Part shown: positions 50,865 to 60,915 of the stretch, piece after piece | How positions within the stretch are numbered: the first letter of the stretch is position 1 | Layout: every line of letters begins with the position of its first letter | NCBI GenBank assembly: GCA_963778115.1 | Contig: CAVZSV010000004.1 | Span: forward strand, 1,696,001 to 1,760,000 | Reading direction: 5' to 3' | From: an uncultured delta proteobacterium | GTDB lineage: Bacteria; Bdellovibrionota; FAC87; UBA2466 | Length of the DNA stretch: 64,000 nt | The notes under the pieces: model-generated | The model's database searches: none | Seen by the model: the letters and a program-made list of their open reading frames with translations, nothing else | Told to the model about the DNA's origin: nothing | Translations under genes and position numbers: made by a program

Positions 50865-51607
50865 TTCGTCTCTCCTTTGACGGCCGTGATCAATCTGCGC
50901 CGGTGAGTCAGCGAGATTCCCTGAACTGTCCTATATTTTTGCTCTACCCGATCCAAAATGCCTGCATCGCGGACCGGATCAAAGCGCTGAATGAATTGCG
51001 TGATTTCGATGAGTAAGCACAAGCCCTCGCGCGAAAGATAAGCTTTCCACTCCCCTCTAACCATACTCACCGTGGGAAAGGTGGTTTCAAACAGATGGGT
51101 AAGCTGCTCTGAAGATCGCCCGCCATAGAAATTAACCCATCCCCGCTCCCCCTGTTTGTCGGAGCCGAATAAGGACTTAAGCTCCCACTTGTCCTCATTG
51201 TCGATTAGTTCTGCGATGACTACTCCCCCCGGTTTCAACACCCGGAAGGCTTCGGCGGGCTCAATCGGGGCTAACAAACATAAGACTAGGTCGAAACTCG
51301 AGTCGGCAAAAGCAATCGCTTCTGCCCCTGCGTTGAGGAGATCAAAATTGGAAACGCCAGAGGCTCTCACATTTTTTCTCGCTTTTTCCAACATCTCGGC
51401 GGACGGGTCGATTCCAATCATCCGCTCGACCTCCCTCGCCAGAGGCAGAGTCTTATAGGCCGTTCCACAGCCTATATCGAGAACACGGGAGGTTCGTTTT
51501 AAGTGCTTGCGGGCAAGGGAAATGGCATCCCAAGGTCTGGGATCTTCAATCCCCCTTATGAGGTCCGTTTCGTAACGCTCGTCGTAAGACATGGCCTTCC
51601 CTACCAT
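50861..51607 (-). CDS. Class I SAM-dependent methyltransferase
   Basis: VLDIGCGT, SFDLV and RVLKPGG motifs; 4-bp overlap with the fosA-like gene. Confidence 0.9.
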   Translation of the reverse strand: MVGKAMSYDERYETDLIRGIEDPRPWDAISLARKHLKRTSRVLDIGCGTAYKTLPLAREVERMIGIDPSAEMLEKARKNVRASGVSNFDLLNAGAEAIAFADSSFDLVLCLLAPIEPAEAFRVLKPGGVVIAELIDNEDKWELKSLFGSDKQGERGWVNFYGGRSSEQLTHLFETTFPTVSMVRGEWKAYLSREGLCLLIEITQFIQRFDPVRDAGILDRVEQKYRTVQGISLTHRRRLITAVKGETK

Positions 51608-51686
51608 AGGGGAGATGCCGCCTATTGCAATAAGTAACCTACGATCTTATATAAACAGTTCGATTTAACTCCTGGGGAGACCTCGC

Positions 51687-53051
51687 ATGATCGAAGATTT
51701 TCGTTATTATTGGTCGGGACTAAAGGCGAATTTGAGGCCCCGTTTCACGACACCTTCCGCTAAGAACACGACCTGCACAATTCAGATCGATTCGCCCGCC
51801 CACGAAAAACTCTCGGGATTGGTTAATGTAAGAGGTTGGGCTTTTTCAGGGCTGAGCCATTTCCCAGAAGGAAAACTTGTCGTTTCCCTGGACGAAGGGA
51901 ATTCGCTTGAAGTCGTAAACCGCTTTCCTTTTGCGATTCCCACCTTAGAGGCGACACAAACCCTTAAGAGCGGATATAAGTTTGTTTTAAATACTCATCT
52001 TCTTTCCAACGGAACCCATACCCTCAAACTGAATTTGCTCTCGAGAGAGGGAAAGCAAGTCGTAGCGATCGAACACGAACTTCTCATAGAAAACGCGGGG
52101 GATTTGGCCAATCAGGTGGCAAATGAACTTAAGCTCCACGGATCGCCAGTACTATTTTTGGAAACGGTGGACTCTTCTCATTTTCCGGTGGAAAGCGGAG
52201 GAAAACTCCGCCCCTGGTTTGACCGACCCGATGCTTTGGAACGAATCCCTTCGATCTTAACCAAACACGGGTTATCTACCGACTATCAGCAACGTCTAAA
52301 GCAGTTTGTCGATGAGGGCTATCTCGTCATTGATAATTTCGTCCCGAAAAATCTCGTCGACACCATCAATCGGGACGTAGAAAAAGCGATCACCTCGGGC
52401 GAAGTCGCCTATCGACCGGGTTCCGGGGAACGGATCGAGCTCATGTTTCGAAGAAGTGTTGAGGTTCGCCAATTGTGGAAACATCCCCAGGTCATGAAGC
52501 TTTTGAATGCTATTTTCGATGATGTGGCTTTGCCCTGTCAGACGCTTAACTATCTGCACGGCAGTACCCAAGATGCCCATCAGGATACGATCCATCTGAC
52601 ACCCTTTCCGGAAGGCTATATGTGCGGGGTGTGGGTAGCTTTGGAAGATATCCACCCCGACGCGGGTCCCTTGTTTGTTTACCCAAAAAGCCACCGTATC
52701 CCGACGCTTTATTCTAAAACGGTCGGAATGAAAAAAATCACGACCGACTGGAGTGAGTACGCGGAAAAGTATCTTCCTCAGCTGAAGCAAAGGCTTGAAG
52801 AACGAGGACTTACTCCCTTTTATTACACCCCTAAAGCAGGAAGCCTTCTGGTATGGCACTCCAACCTGGCGCATGGCGGATCCGAGCGTAAGAATCCAGC
52901 GCTGTCTCGCAAGTCCATCGTCAGCCACTATTTTGCCCGAGGGGGAATTGCCTACTACGACACCACAGGCAACTCGGCACACCTCGACTACAACGCTAGG
53001 CTTCCCCTGCACTCCCGAATAGGCTTAGGGAGGCGAATTTCCCTGCATTAA
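51687..53051 (+). CDS. PhyH-family dioxygenase with N-terminal Ig-like domain
   Basis: IDSP...VRGWA...LSNGTHTLKL N-terminal domain; HQD, WVALED and HGG...RKS motifs. Confidence 0.85.
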   Translation: MIEDFRYYWSGLKANLRPRFTTPSAKNTTCTIQIDSPAHEKLSGLVNVRGWAFSGLSHFPEGKLVVSLDEGNSLEVVNRFPFAIPTLEATQTLKSGYKFVLNTHLLSNGTHTLKLNLLSREGKQVVAIEHELLIENAGDLANQVANELKLHGSPVLFLETVDSSHFPVESGGKLRPWFDRPDALERIPSILTKHGLSTDYQQRLKQFVDEGYLVIDNFVPKNLVDTINRDVEKAITSGEVAYRPGSGERIELMFRRSVEVRQLWKHPQVMKLLNAIFDDVALPCQTLNYLHGSTQDAHQDTIHLTPFPEGYMCGVWVALEDIHPDAGPLFVYPKSHRIPTLYSKTVGMKKITTDWSEYAEKYLPQLKQRLEERGLTPFYYTPKAGSLLVWHSNLAHGGSERKNPALSRKSIVSHYFARGGIAYYDTTGNSAHLDYNARLPLHSRIGLGRRISLH

Positions 53052-53123
53052 TCTCTTCTTGATCGTTTTCTGTTTCCATGCGACTTAACCCCTTGTCGAC
53101 TGTAAGACCGGCCAAGACCCAAA

Positions 53124-54326
53124 ATGGTTAGCGCCCAAAAATGGAAAGAGAGAAGTCCCATGCTGAGACCCGTGCTGAACCCGCTGCTGAGAATGTCGCC
53201 GAAAAGAGCTGTATTGTTGGCCCTTTGCGTGGCCTTTGTGATGGTTTCCGGTTGTGCTAATCAAATTAACTCCCTGGGCGGCACAGTGCAGGGGTTATCG
53301 GGAACTCTCGTTTTGCAGAATAATGGCGGGGATACCATTACCATTACCTCAAATGGGAGCTTTACCTTTCCTACGAAGTTAGATGAAGGGGACGGTTTTA
53401 CCGTAACCGTATTGCAACAGCCCGTCGGACAGTATTGCGCCGTCGACGGTGGTACCGGACTGTCCTATTACCCAATCAATTCTATTGTGGTGACCTGCAC
53501 CAACGGTTACACGGTGGGGGGTACCGTAACCGGTCTTACGGGGACGGTGTACTTGAATGACAGTGCAACCATTCCCGTAGATGGGCTTAGTGTCACTGCG
53601 ACTGGATCTCCTGTCTCCTTTGTCTTCAGGACTCAAGTACTCCAAGGAAGCAACTATTCCGTGACGGTAACTACTCAACCGACAGGACAAAACTGTTCGG
53701 TCGCCACCACCGGCATTGGCACCATGGGATCGGTAAGCGTGACGAATGTTGCCGTCACCTGTAGCAGCACCACGATAAAACAGCTCTTCGTCCTTCCCAC
53801 GGGAGTCGCGGGAAATTTAGGTGGAATCACAGGGGCCGATGCTCTTTGTCAGGCCAATATCCCTAGTGCATCGACACCCCAAATCACTACTGCCAAAGCG
53901 CTCATCGTCGATGGAACGAGTCGAATCGCCTGCGTGACTGGCAATGGAGCTGCCATCGGAGCTTCTACTCCACCTTCTTGCACCAGTGGATCGGCCGGCC
54001 AGGTGGGATGGGTTCTTGCTCCCTCGACCACATACATCCAATACAATGGCAGTATCGTTAGCACTACCGACACCAATGGATTTTTCTCCTTTCCGCTCGC
54101 TAATCTCGTAGTGCCAACGGCGACTACACCCACGATTTGGACGGGAATGAATGCCGATTGGAGTACTGATACGGGCAATACCTGTAGCTCTTGGAGTGAC
54201 TCCACTTCGGCAAGCAATGGCGCGTTTGGATACATCACCGGTGCTCTGGGGCTGAATCAAGGATTGCTTAATTCGGGGCCGACCCCCTGCACTTCGTTGG
54301 AACCTCTCGTGTGCGTGCAACAATAG
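53124..54326 (+). CDS. Lipoprotein with two Ig-like repeats and a DUF1554 (endostatin/Len-like) domain
   Basis: Lipobox VSGC; GGTV.GL.G...QP.GQ.C repeated twice; GNLGGITGADALC, WTG and terminal CVQQ. Confidence 0.8.
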   Translation: MVSAQKWKERSPMLRPVLNPLLRMSPKRAVLLALCVAFVMVSGCANQINSLGGTVQGLSGTLVLQNNGGDTITITSNGSFTFPTKLDEGDGFTVTVLQQPVGQYCAVDGGTGLSYYPINSIVVTCTNGYTVGGTVTGLTGTVYLNDSATIPVDGLSVTATGSPVSFVFRTQVLQGSNYSVTVTTQPTGQNCSVATTGIGTMGSVSVTNVAVTCSSTTIKQLFVLPTGVAGNLGGITGADALCQANIPSASTPQITTAKALIVDGTSRIACVTGNGAAIGASTPPSCTSGSAGQVGWVLAPSTTYIQYNGSIVSTTDTNGFFSFPLANLVVPTATTPTIWTGMNADWSTDTGNTCSSWSDSTSASNGAFGYITGALGLNQGLLNSGPTPCTSLEPLVCVQQ

Positions 54327-54332
54327 AAAAGA

Positions 54333-55154
54333 TCAAAACCAGGGAAATAGATCGAACGTAAGCTGGTAGGTACTTTCCTTCTGGCTAGTCACCGCAATCT
54401 TTTCTACCTGTTTAATAAAAGTCTCAAATGCCAGTCGAACCTGCTCCAGCGCCTTGCTATCAGCGGAAAAGGTAGCCATAAAGCTCACCTTTTGCGTCTC
54501 CTCTAGTTCAATCAGCCGACTACTACTCATGGTTTTAAGCATCATTTGATGGCTTCGCATTAGGGGGTGATCTTTGGAATAGTGAATGTGCCCCTGATTT
54601 ACTTTCTGAACCTCTCCTGTCTCGGAGAGTTCGATGAGATTGAGTTGGTTTAACTTGTGTAAGACGGCTTGCAGCCTTTTCGGCGTGATTCTCAAGGGCC
54701 CACAGAGTCTTCTCGGATTTTTTGCTATTTCCGGAATATCGAGCGAGACATGAACGACAACCGAAGTGGCGTCCAAAAGGTAGTCGATCTCGTCCGAGAG
54801 TTGCGCTCGGTCAAAATCTTGAATCGAAGCGTTTAGCGTACGGACTCTTGAAATTCGTGAAATCTTACCTTCTAAGAAATTTTTTCTCGTGGGGCTACTC
54901 GAAGTAGCTAACTGGCGAAGCAGGCTTAGGTATTCCGTTTCGTCCGGCATGAACTCCAGCAACCGGCAGATCGCAAAGAGGTGATCTTCGTTGAGATGAG
55001 TTTTGTCGTCGTTCAATGCCCGCGAAAGGTAGGTGTACTGAAGCGGAATACGTCTTGCGATGGTTTTTAAATTAAGCTGTCGGTCGGAGTGGCGAAATTC
55101 TTTCAGCCTCGCGCGCAGGATACGTTTGTAGTCTGTCTCCGCAAACAACTCCAT
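54333..55154 (-). CDS. TIGR02147/DUF4423-family HTH protein
   Basis: DYKRIL...YLSRAL N-terminal HTH and C-terminal YQLTFDLFPW. Confidence 0.8.
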   Translation of the reverse strand: MELFAETDYKRILRARLKEFRHSDRQLNLKTIARRIPLQYTYLSRALNDDKTHLNEDHLFAICRLLEFMPDETEYLSLLRQLATSSSPTRKNFLEGKISRISRVRTLNASIQDFDRAQLSDEIDYLLDATSVVVHVSLDIPEIAKNPRRLCGPLRITPKRLQAVLHKLNQLNLIELSETGEVQKVNQGHIHYSKDHPLMRSHQMMLKTMSSSRLIELEETQKVSFMATFSADSKALEQVRLAFETFIKQVEKIAVTSQKESTYQLTFDLFPWF

Positions 55155-55296
55155 ATCGCCCCCAGTCAGAATATTATCCTGTTTGAGCAACTTTTTTTCA
55201 ACAATTACGGATCGAGTTTATGGAAGAAAAACAACTTTCGCTCGAAGATTAAGACAGTGGTGAAAAACAAACTCTCAATCTACGGAGAAATTCAAA

Positions 55297-55809
55297 ATGA
55301 AAAAGCTAAACATTCTAATGGCAATCGCTTGTCTATATCCGGTGTCCGGGTTCTGCTTTCCGGTCATTCAAAACGTTCTCAAGCAGATGAAGTTGACGCC
55401 TCACGTTAGCAAAGATGCCACCTGCACTAACTTCACGGGAACGTGGAAAGGCTCCTGCTCGGGCGGTGACGGATCGCATCAGGATGCTACGACCACGATC
55501 ACCCAGCAAGGTTGTGCTTTCCTCGTTGCGGATGATCAGTTGATCCCGCTCGGCGGTTTTATGGCGTCTAGCGGCGTGTCTCCCGTCGATGATACCCATG
55601 CTTTAGCGGGAAATCTTTCGACGACAGCCGGATGGAACGCCAATAAAAGTGCGGTTCAAATGAACTACTCAGGTTCGGCTCAATTTGTCGGGCAAGAGGA
55701 GCTCGTTCAGATCACGGGAAATACGTTGCTTCACATCGAAGGGTCTCAACTGCTACTCGATGGATCGGTCGCTGGGATTCAAATCAGCTGCGCCTATGAC
55801 AAACAATAA
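55297..55809 (+). CDS. Hypothetical secreted beta-rich protein
   Basis: GGAG RBS; signal peptide; FTGTWKGSC. Confidence 0.7.
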   Translation: MKKLNILMAIACLYPVSGFCFPVIQNVLKQMKLTPHVSKDATCTNFTGTWKGSCSGGDGSHQDATTTITQQGCAFLVADDQLIPLGGFMASSGVSPVDDTHALAGNLSTTAGWNANKSAVQMNYSGSAQFVGQEELVQITGNTLLHIEGSQLLLDGSVAGIQISCAYDKQ

Positions 55810-55849
55810 AACCGTGACGATCTCGGACCCTAACTCTATAATTTCCCCT

Positions 55850-55881
55850 GAGACGGCTTCCTTGCGGAAGCCGTCTCTTTC
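55850..55881 (+). terminator. Intrinsic terminator
   Basis: GAGACGGCTTCC-ttgc-GGAAGCCGTCTC followed by ttt. Confidence 0.8.
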
Positions 55882-55932
55882 ATTAATTGCTCAAACATAA
55901 ATAGATTCAAATTCAACGCGGAGCCAACATCC

Positions 55933-57204
55933 ATGCCGTCATCCTGCCGTTGCAGAACCGGTTTTCTACTCTTCCTCGTAGTAGTGCTCTTGAGCAATAT
56001 TTCCTGCCAAGAGACCTCGAGTAGCAAAGACCCGATTAGCCAGATTCCTCAAGGATGGGTCTCCTCGGGAGGAGAGATCTTCGCCGATCGCACCAATCCT
56101 TGGTTTCTGCAAAATGTACCCAACGTCAATTATTGCGTGGTTGTAGATCAGCAGACCGTTTCGTTACCGGCGGCTCGCGTACATGAATTGATTCATCTCT
56201 CCTTCGCCTTTTGGAAAAAAGAATTTAAAAGTTTCTTGGTCAACTCGGGAAAAAGAGTGATCAATCCGCCAGAAGTTGCGATTCAGAACTTTGAAGAAGT
56301 TCCTTGCACGGGCACTGAAGATCTTAAGTTTCAGTTCGGTTATGGCACTTTGTCCTCCGATCAAGCATCGTATTTAGAGCACCAAGACGAGTATGTGGGG
56401 ATTGCGGTTCGCACCTCTTACGACAGAGTAAATCTACGAGGAAAAGGATTTGTCTATATCGCTTCCGATAAAGGTCCCCACCGCACGCCGCAAGGGCCGG
56501 CTTATATTGAAGCTCCCTGGGCCTATGATGGCTTACTTTTTCGCGTGCTCACTCACGAACTCGGCCACGTCTTTGGCCTTCCTCATATCGGTCAAGGGCT
56601 GATGTCGGCGACTTTCCCCAACTACATCTTAAAGACAGGCGTCTATATGAACTACACGAGTGTAGATTCGATGGGCCCTTTCTTTCTTCCTCAGGACACC
56701 TACTCAAACTGCACACTTTCTAAAGACGCCGCCCCTGATGCCGTCACTTGGTTCGGTTTAGCCGATACCGATAAGTGCATTCATATTGAAAAAATTAAAG
56801 GGAAAGATGACGGAGACATCGAGGGGTACACTTTTAGTTCAAGTGCTGCCTACGACGGAACTCGAACCTTAAAGGGGACCGCCATTTGGGATAATAAAAC
56901 CAACCCCGACATTGAAATCACCCTGGCCGGGCAACTCTACTTGGGGCCTGAACAAAGAGTTTTTACGGATCCAGACTCCCCTGGATCTACCGGCATTCAG
57001 TACATTCCGACGTCCGTTTTTCTAAGCACTACGTGGCCCCTCAAATACGTCGACACCAGCAATGTGGCGCGAGCGATGCGGCTCCGGCTGGAGCCCAACG
57101 CGTACCAAATCCTTGTGATTAATAATGAAATGATCACAAGCCTTCTCAGTTACAGTCTTAATTGCGCGAACCTTAGTTTACTCAGTGTTTGCATGGACCA
57201 GTGA
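55933..57204 (+). CDS. Metzincin zinc metalloprotease lipoprotein
   Basis: HELGHVFGLPH followed by a Met-turn (LMS); lipobox-like ISC. Confidence 0.85.
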   Translation: MPSSCRCRTGFLLFLVVVLLSNISCQETSSSKDPISQIPQGWVSSGGEIFADRTNPWFLQNVPNVNYCVVVDQQTVSLPAARVHELIHLSFAFWKKEFKSFLVNSGKRVINPPEVAIQNFEEVPCTGTEDLKFQFGYGTLSSDQASYLEHQDEYVGIAVRTSYDRVNLRGKGFVYIASDKGPHRTPQGPAYIEAPWAYDGLLFRVLTHELGHVFGLPHIGQGLMSATFPNYILKTGVYMNYTSVDSMGPFFLPQDTYSNCTLSKDAAPDAVTWFGLADTDKCIHIEKIKGKDDGDIEGYTFSSSAAYDGTRTLKGTAIWDNKTNPDIEITLAGQLYLGPEQRVFTDPDSPGSTGIQYIPTSVFLSTTWPLKYVDTSNVARAMRLRLEPNAYQILVINNEMITSLLSYSLNCANLSLLSVCMDQ

Positions 57205-57254
57205 GTCGTTAGAAAAAATGCAGTCAGGTTCGACCTGGAGTATAGTCCTGCGGG

Positions 57255-58331
57255 ATGTTTAAGAGCCTTCAGTTTTTTGCAGGTCGCAAAGCTCAAGAGA
57301 TCCTCTCGCGCGATGGGCTTAAACAAGAACAGATTGAAATTATTGCTGGCGCCGCCGGTGGTCCTAAATGGCTCGTCTTAAGCCAAATCGATAGGGCACT
57401 GTTCGGCTCTTGGCTAACTCCAAGAAAGAGGCCGCTTTATCTTTTGGGATCTTCCATCGGATCGTGGCGATTTGCGGCGGCGGTACAACCCGATCCCATT
57501 AAAGCCATCGAACAATTCGAGAGGTCCTATTCTTCTCAACGTTATGCTAATAAGCCTTCGCCGGAGCAGGTTACCCAAGAGAGCATGCGCGTTCTGGATG
57601 GTTTTATTAGCGACGAGGCCACTCAAAAAATCCTAACCCATCCGTACTTCCGTCTTAATATCATTGCCGTAAAGTGTAAGAATTTTCTTCGTAGCGAGCG
57701 GTTGCCGCTGCTCTGGACTGGCCTATTTTCAGCCGTAGCTGCTAATACGATTCACCGTAATCTCTTAAATGGATTTATGGAACGAACGGTATTTACCGAT
57801 TCCAGAGACCTTCCGCCTTTTCTCCAGAGTGATCGTTACAATGCCACGGCCGTCGGTCTCAAAGCCAATTGGCTAAAACGGGCGCTGATGGCGTCGGGTT
57901 CTATTCCGATGGTGATGGCAGGGGTTTACGATTTGCCTGGCTTTCAGGGCTCCTGTTTTCGAGATGGGGGCCTTCTCGACTACCACATGGATATCCCCTA
58001 TTGCGTTGCTGACAACAGATTGGTTCTTTTTCCTCATTTCAGTTCCCGTATTATTCCGGGCTGGCTGGATAAGTACCTTTCTTGGAGACGCCCCAATCAG
58101 GAGAATCTGGATAACGTCTTAATGGTTTGCCCGTCACCTGAGTTTATCGCCACACTCCCCGGAAAAAAGATTCCCGATCGAAATGACTTTTATGAGTTTA
58201 TGAATCGCGACGATGCTCGAGAAGTCCAGTGGCGAAAGATAATCTGCGAATGCCGCCGCTTGCACGACGAACTTCTGGATGTTCTGACGAAGGACAGGAT
58301 CAACGAAGTCGTTCAAGCGATCCCCATCTAA
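57255..58331 (+). CDS. Patatin-like phospholipase
   Basis: GAAGGPK, GSSIG, ASGSIP and DGG motifs. Confidence 0.88.
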   Translation: MFKSLQFFAGRKAQEILSRDGLKQEQIEIIAGAAGGPKWLVLSQIDRALFGSWLTPRKRPLYLLGSSIGSWRFAAAVQPDPIKAIEQFERSYSSQRYANKPSPEQVTQESMRVLDGFISDEATQKILTHPYFRLNIIAVKCKNFLRSERLPLLWTGLFSAVAANTIHRNLLNGFMERTVFTDSRDLPPFLQSDRYNATAVGLKANWLKRALMASGSIPMVMAGVYDLPGFQGSCFRDGGLLDYHMDIPYCVADNRLVLFPHFSSRIIPGWLDKYLSWRRPNQENLDNVLMVCPSPEFIATLPGKKIPDRNDFYEFMNRDDAREVQWRKIICECRRLHDELLDVLTKDRINEVVQAIPI

Positions 58332-58424
58332 CCCGTCTTTTTCCTAATTTGACATCCGCCCGACACGGGCGCTATGCGTCACTGCAGAGTGAAAACTGAC
58401 TAATACCAAGAGGAGACTGTACTT

Positions 58425-58973
58425 ATGCGAAGTTTATTCACGTTCACCGCTCTGGCTATGGCGTTAGCGGCCTATGGAGCCAGCGCCGCTTCCCCCAAAA
58501 ACGGCGAGTCCTATTCTCTCGAATGCCGACACGAAGCCACCAAACGCCATCCGTTTTTGTTTCGTCTGGCTGCTACTTATGCAGTGGCCAAAGACGGCAC
58601 TGCCCAATTGTCTGATGTGCGGGGAGTATTACTCGACGATTCCGATCTCAGCTTTATCGTTACTTATGATACCGGCCCAAAAGCGAAGTGGGATAACGAC
58701 GTTACCTACAAGGCCAAGAAAAAAAAATGGGCCGACCATCTCCGCTTTTTCTTAAAGCCCGTAGAGGACAAGTACAGTGGCAATGATGCCGAACTTATCA
58801 TCGATGCAGAGCCTAGCGATATTGAAGAAGAGAAATGGGACAACCACGTCAATACCGGAACAAACTTCCATTCGACCTTTCACGCGGGTCTCGAATACCA
58901 CTTTAGCGATCAAGATGGAAATCGCGACGAGATCACTTGTGCCGGACTGCAAGTCGAAGTGGATAGAAAATAG
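58425..58973 (+). CDS. Hypothetical secreted protein
   Basis: GAGGAG RBS; signal peptide ending ASA. Confidence 0.7.
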   Translation: MRSLFTFTALAMALAAYGASAASPKNGESYSLECRHEATKRHPFLFRLAATYAVAKDGTAQLSDVRGVLLDDSDLSFIVTYDTGPKAKWDNDVTYKAKKKKWADHLRFFLKPVEDKYSGNDAELIIDAEPSDIEEEKWDNHVNTGTNFHSTFHAGLEYHFSDQDGNRDEITCAGLQVEVDRK

Positions 58974-58984
58974 TCCCTCCTTAG

Positions 58985-59023
58985 AGCGCCTATTTACTTT
59001 CAGAAAGTAGATAGGCGCTTTTT
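58985..59023 (+). terminator. Intrinsic terminator
   Basis: AGCGCCTATTTACTTT-cag-AAAGTAGATAGGCGCT followed by a T-run. Confidence 0.85.
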
Positions 59024-59054
59024 ATTTGTCTTTGCCCGAGATAGTCTCTAGCCA

Positions 59055-60588
59055 ATGCTAACCAAAGAGCTAACGGCTAGAGTAAACTCCTTTCTCCTGG
59101 GTAACGAACTTGCCTCGGATCGTTATTTCTTTGTTAGGCTTTGGCTTATTCGGACTTTGGGTTTTATTTACGTCGTCGCTTTTTCGATCCTCTTTTTCCA
59201 AGGAGTCGCCCTATGGGGAAAGAACGGGTTACTCCCTATCACATCCTATATTTCCTCGGTCGTGAGATATTTCGACGGAGTTAGTAGCGGCTTTTGGAAC
59301 TTACCCAGCCTCTTCTATTTTGTTTCTTCAGACGGAATCATTCGCGGGATGGGGCTACTTGGAATGATCCTGGGACTCGTCCTCATGGCGGGTTATGCGA
59401 ACTTCGTCATGCTCTTTACTCTTTGGACGATGCAACTCTCATTCGTGAATTCGGGCCAACTCTTCTATGGTTATGGATGGGAGACGCAGCTGTTGGAACT
59501 TACCTTTCTTTGTTTCTTTCTCGTCCCTCTTTTCGATCCGAGACTTAAGAAAACCCATGTGGTGCCCCCTCGGATTGTGATCTGGTCACTCCGATGGATG
59601 CTCTTTCGCCTGATGCTCGGGGCGGGACTCATTAAGATCCGAGGCGACCAGTGCTGGAGGGATCTTACGTGTCTCATGTACCACTACGAGACACAGCCCA
59701 TTCCAAGTCCTCTAAGCTTTTTCTATCACCACATGCCGCCCTGGTTTCATTATGGCGGGGCTCTGTTTAACCACTTCGTGGAGCTGATCGTTCCCTTTGG
59801 TTACTTTGGCCCTAAAACAGTTCGCCGCTGTGCCGGCCTCATTACGATGTTTTTCCAGATGATTCTCATCTCTAGCGGAAATCTTTCCTGGCTAAACTGG
59901 GTCACCCTTGTGATGTGCATTGCCTGTTTCGATGACGAGTTTTTCAGCCGTTTGGGAAAGCATTTTGTTTTCTCTGACTCCTGCTCTTAGAAGCTCGAAT
60001 TCGCAAACGGCACTGCTCTCCTTATTCTCGCTTGCCGTGATCGGATTAAGCATCGCGCCCGCCTTGAATCTTCTAAGTTCGGAGCAGGCCATGAACACCT
60101 CCTATCAACCTTGGCATTTGATTAATAGCTATGGGGCTTTCGGATCCGTCGGTAAGGAACGTTATGATGTGATTATTGAAGCTACTGACGAGCCAGTGCT
60201 CACCGCTCACACCCAATGGCGTCCTTACGAATTTAAATGCGCTCCCGGGGATATTTCGCGCCGACCCTGTCTTATCACCCCTTATCATTACCATTTGGAT
60301 TGGCAAATTTGGTTTTCTGGCATGCGTCCTGAGTTGGAAGAGCAATGGCTTTTGCGTTTAGCAGTCAGGCTGTTAGAGAATGATTCTAAGATAGTGGGAC
60401 TTTTTGACTCGGCTCCCTTTGGATCGAAAGCCCCGACCTTTATTAAGATGGATTTATATCAGTACCAATTCGCGACATGGAAAGAATGGCCGCATCAATG
60501 GTGGACTCGTACTTTCATCCGAGAATATATGCCGGCTATTTCGCTTGACCTTCCCGCGGTACAAAAATTTAGAAAGGATAGCGATTAA
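59055..60588 (+). CDS. Lipase maturation factor (LMF) family membrane protein, split by a frameshift near 59940-59975
   Basis: GYGWETQLLE, AGLIKIRGD.CW and HYETQP in the first ORF; NSYGAFGS and HLDWQIWF in the second. Confidence 0.9.
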
Positions 60589-60683
60589 ATGGAGGGGGAG
60601 ATCTAATGCCCCATCGCCACGGCCCCTTTGACCTTGTTGAGGAAGGGGGCCAGTAGCATAGAGCCGATCATTATCACCATTAA

Positions 60684-60914
60684 GATAAAGAAGCAGTCGC
60701 TAAAGGAGCCCGGTCGGTGACCGAACTCGTTGACGCCCAAAATGTGGCGTTCGCGGCAGGGATCGCTTCCCCGGCCGCGGACTATACTTTTCTCCAAGCC
60801 TACTTTGACGCCCAAAGAGCGGTGGGTACTTTTGACATCGTTCAGAGCAATTCTGAACGGCAGGATACCCTTAAACAAATGCTTGGCGGAATAAACACCG
60901 TCCAAACCAACTAA
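60684..60914 (+). pseudogene. C-terminal remnant of a TolC-family outer-membrane efflux protein
   Basis: KGARSVTELVDAQ...A.Y....A....QRAVG pattern; in-frame stops immediately upstream. Confidence 0.5.
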
Positions 60915-60915
60915 A

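Noticed and set aside
52296..53012. 238-aa antisense ORF
   Set aside because: Lies wholly opposite a motif-supported PhyH gene and has no recognisable motifs; shadow ORF
60606..60716. Stop-codon readthrough or recoding of an ORF starting at 60606
   Set aside because: It would need both TAG and TAA readthrough, and both codons are normal stops elsewhere in the window; decay is simpler
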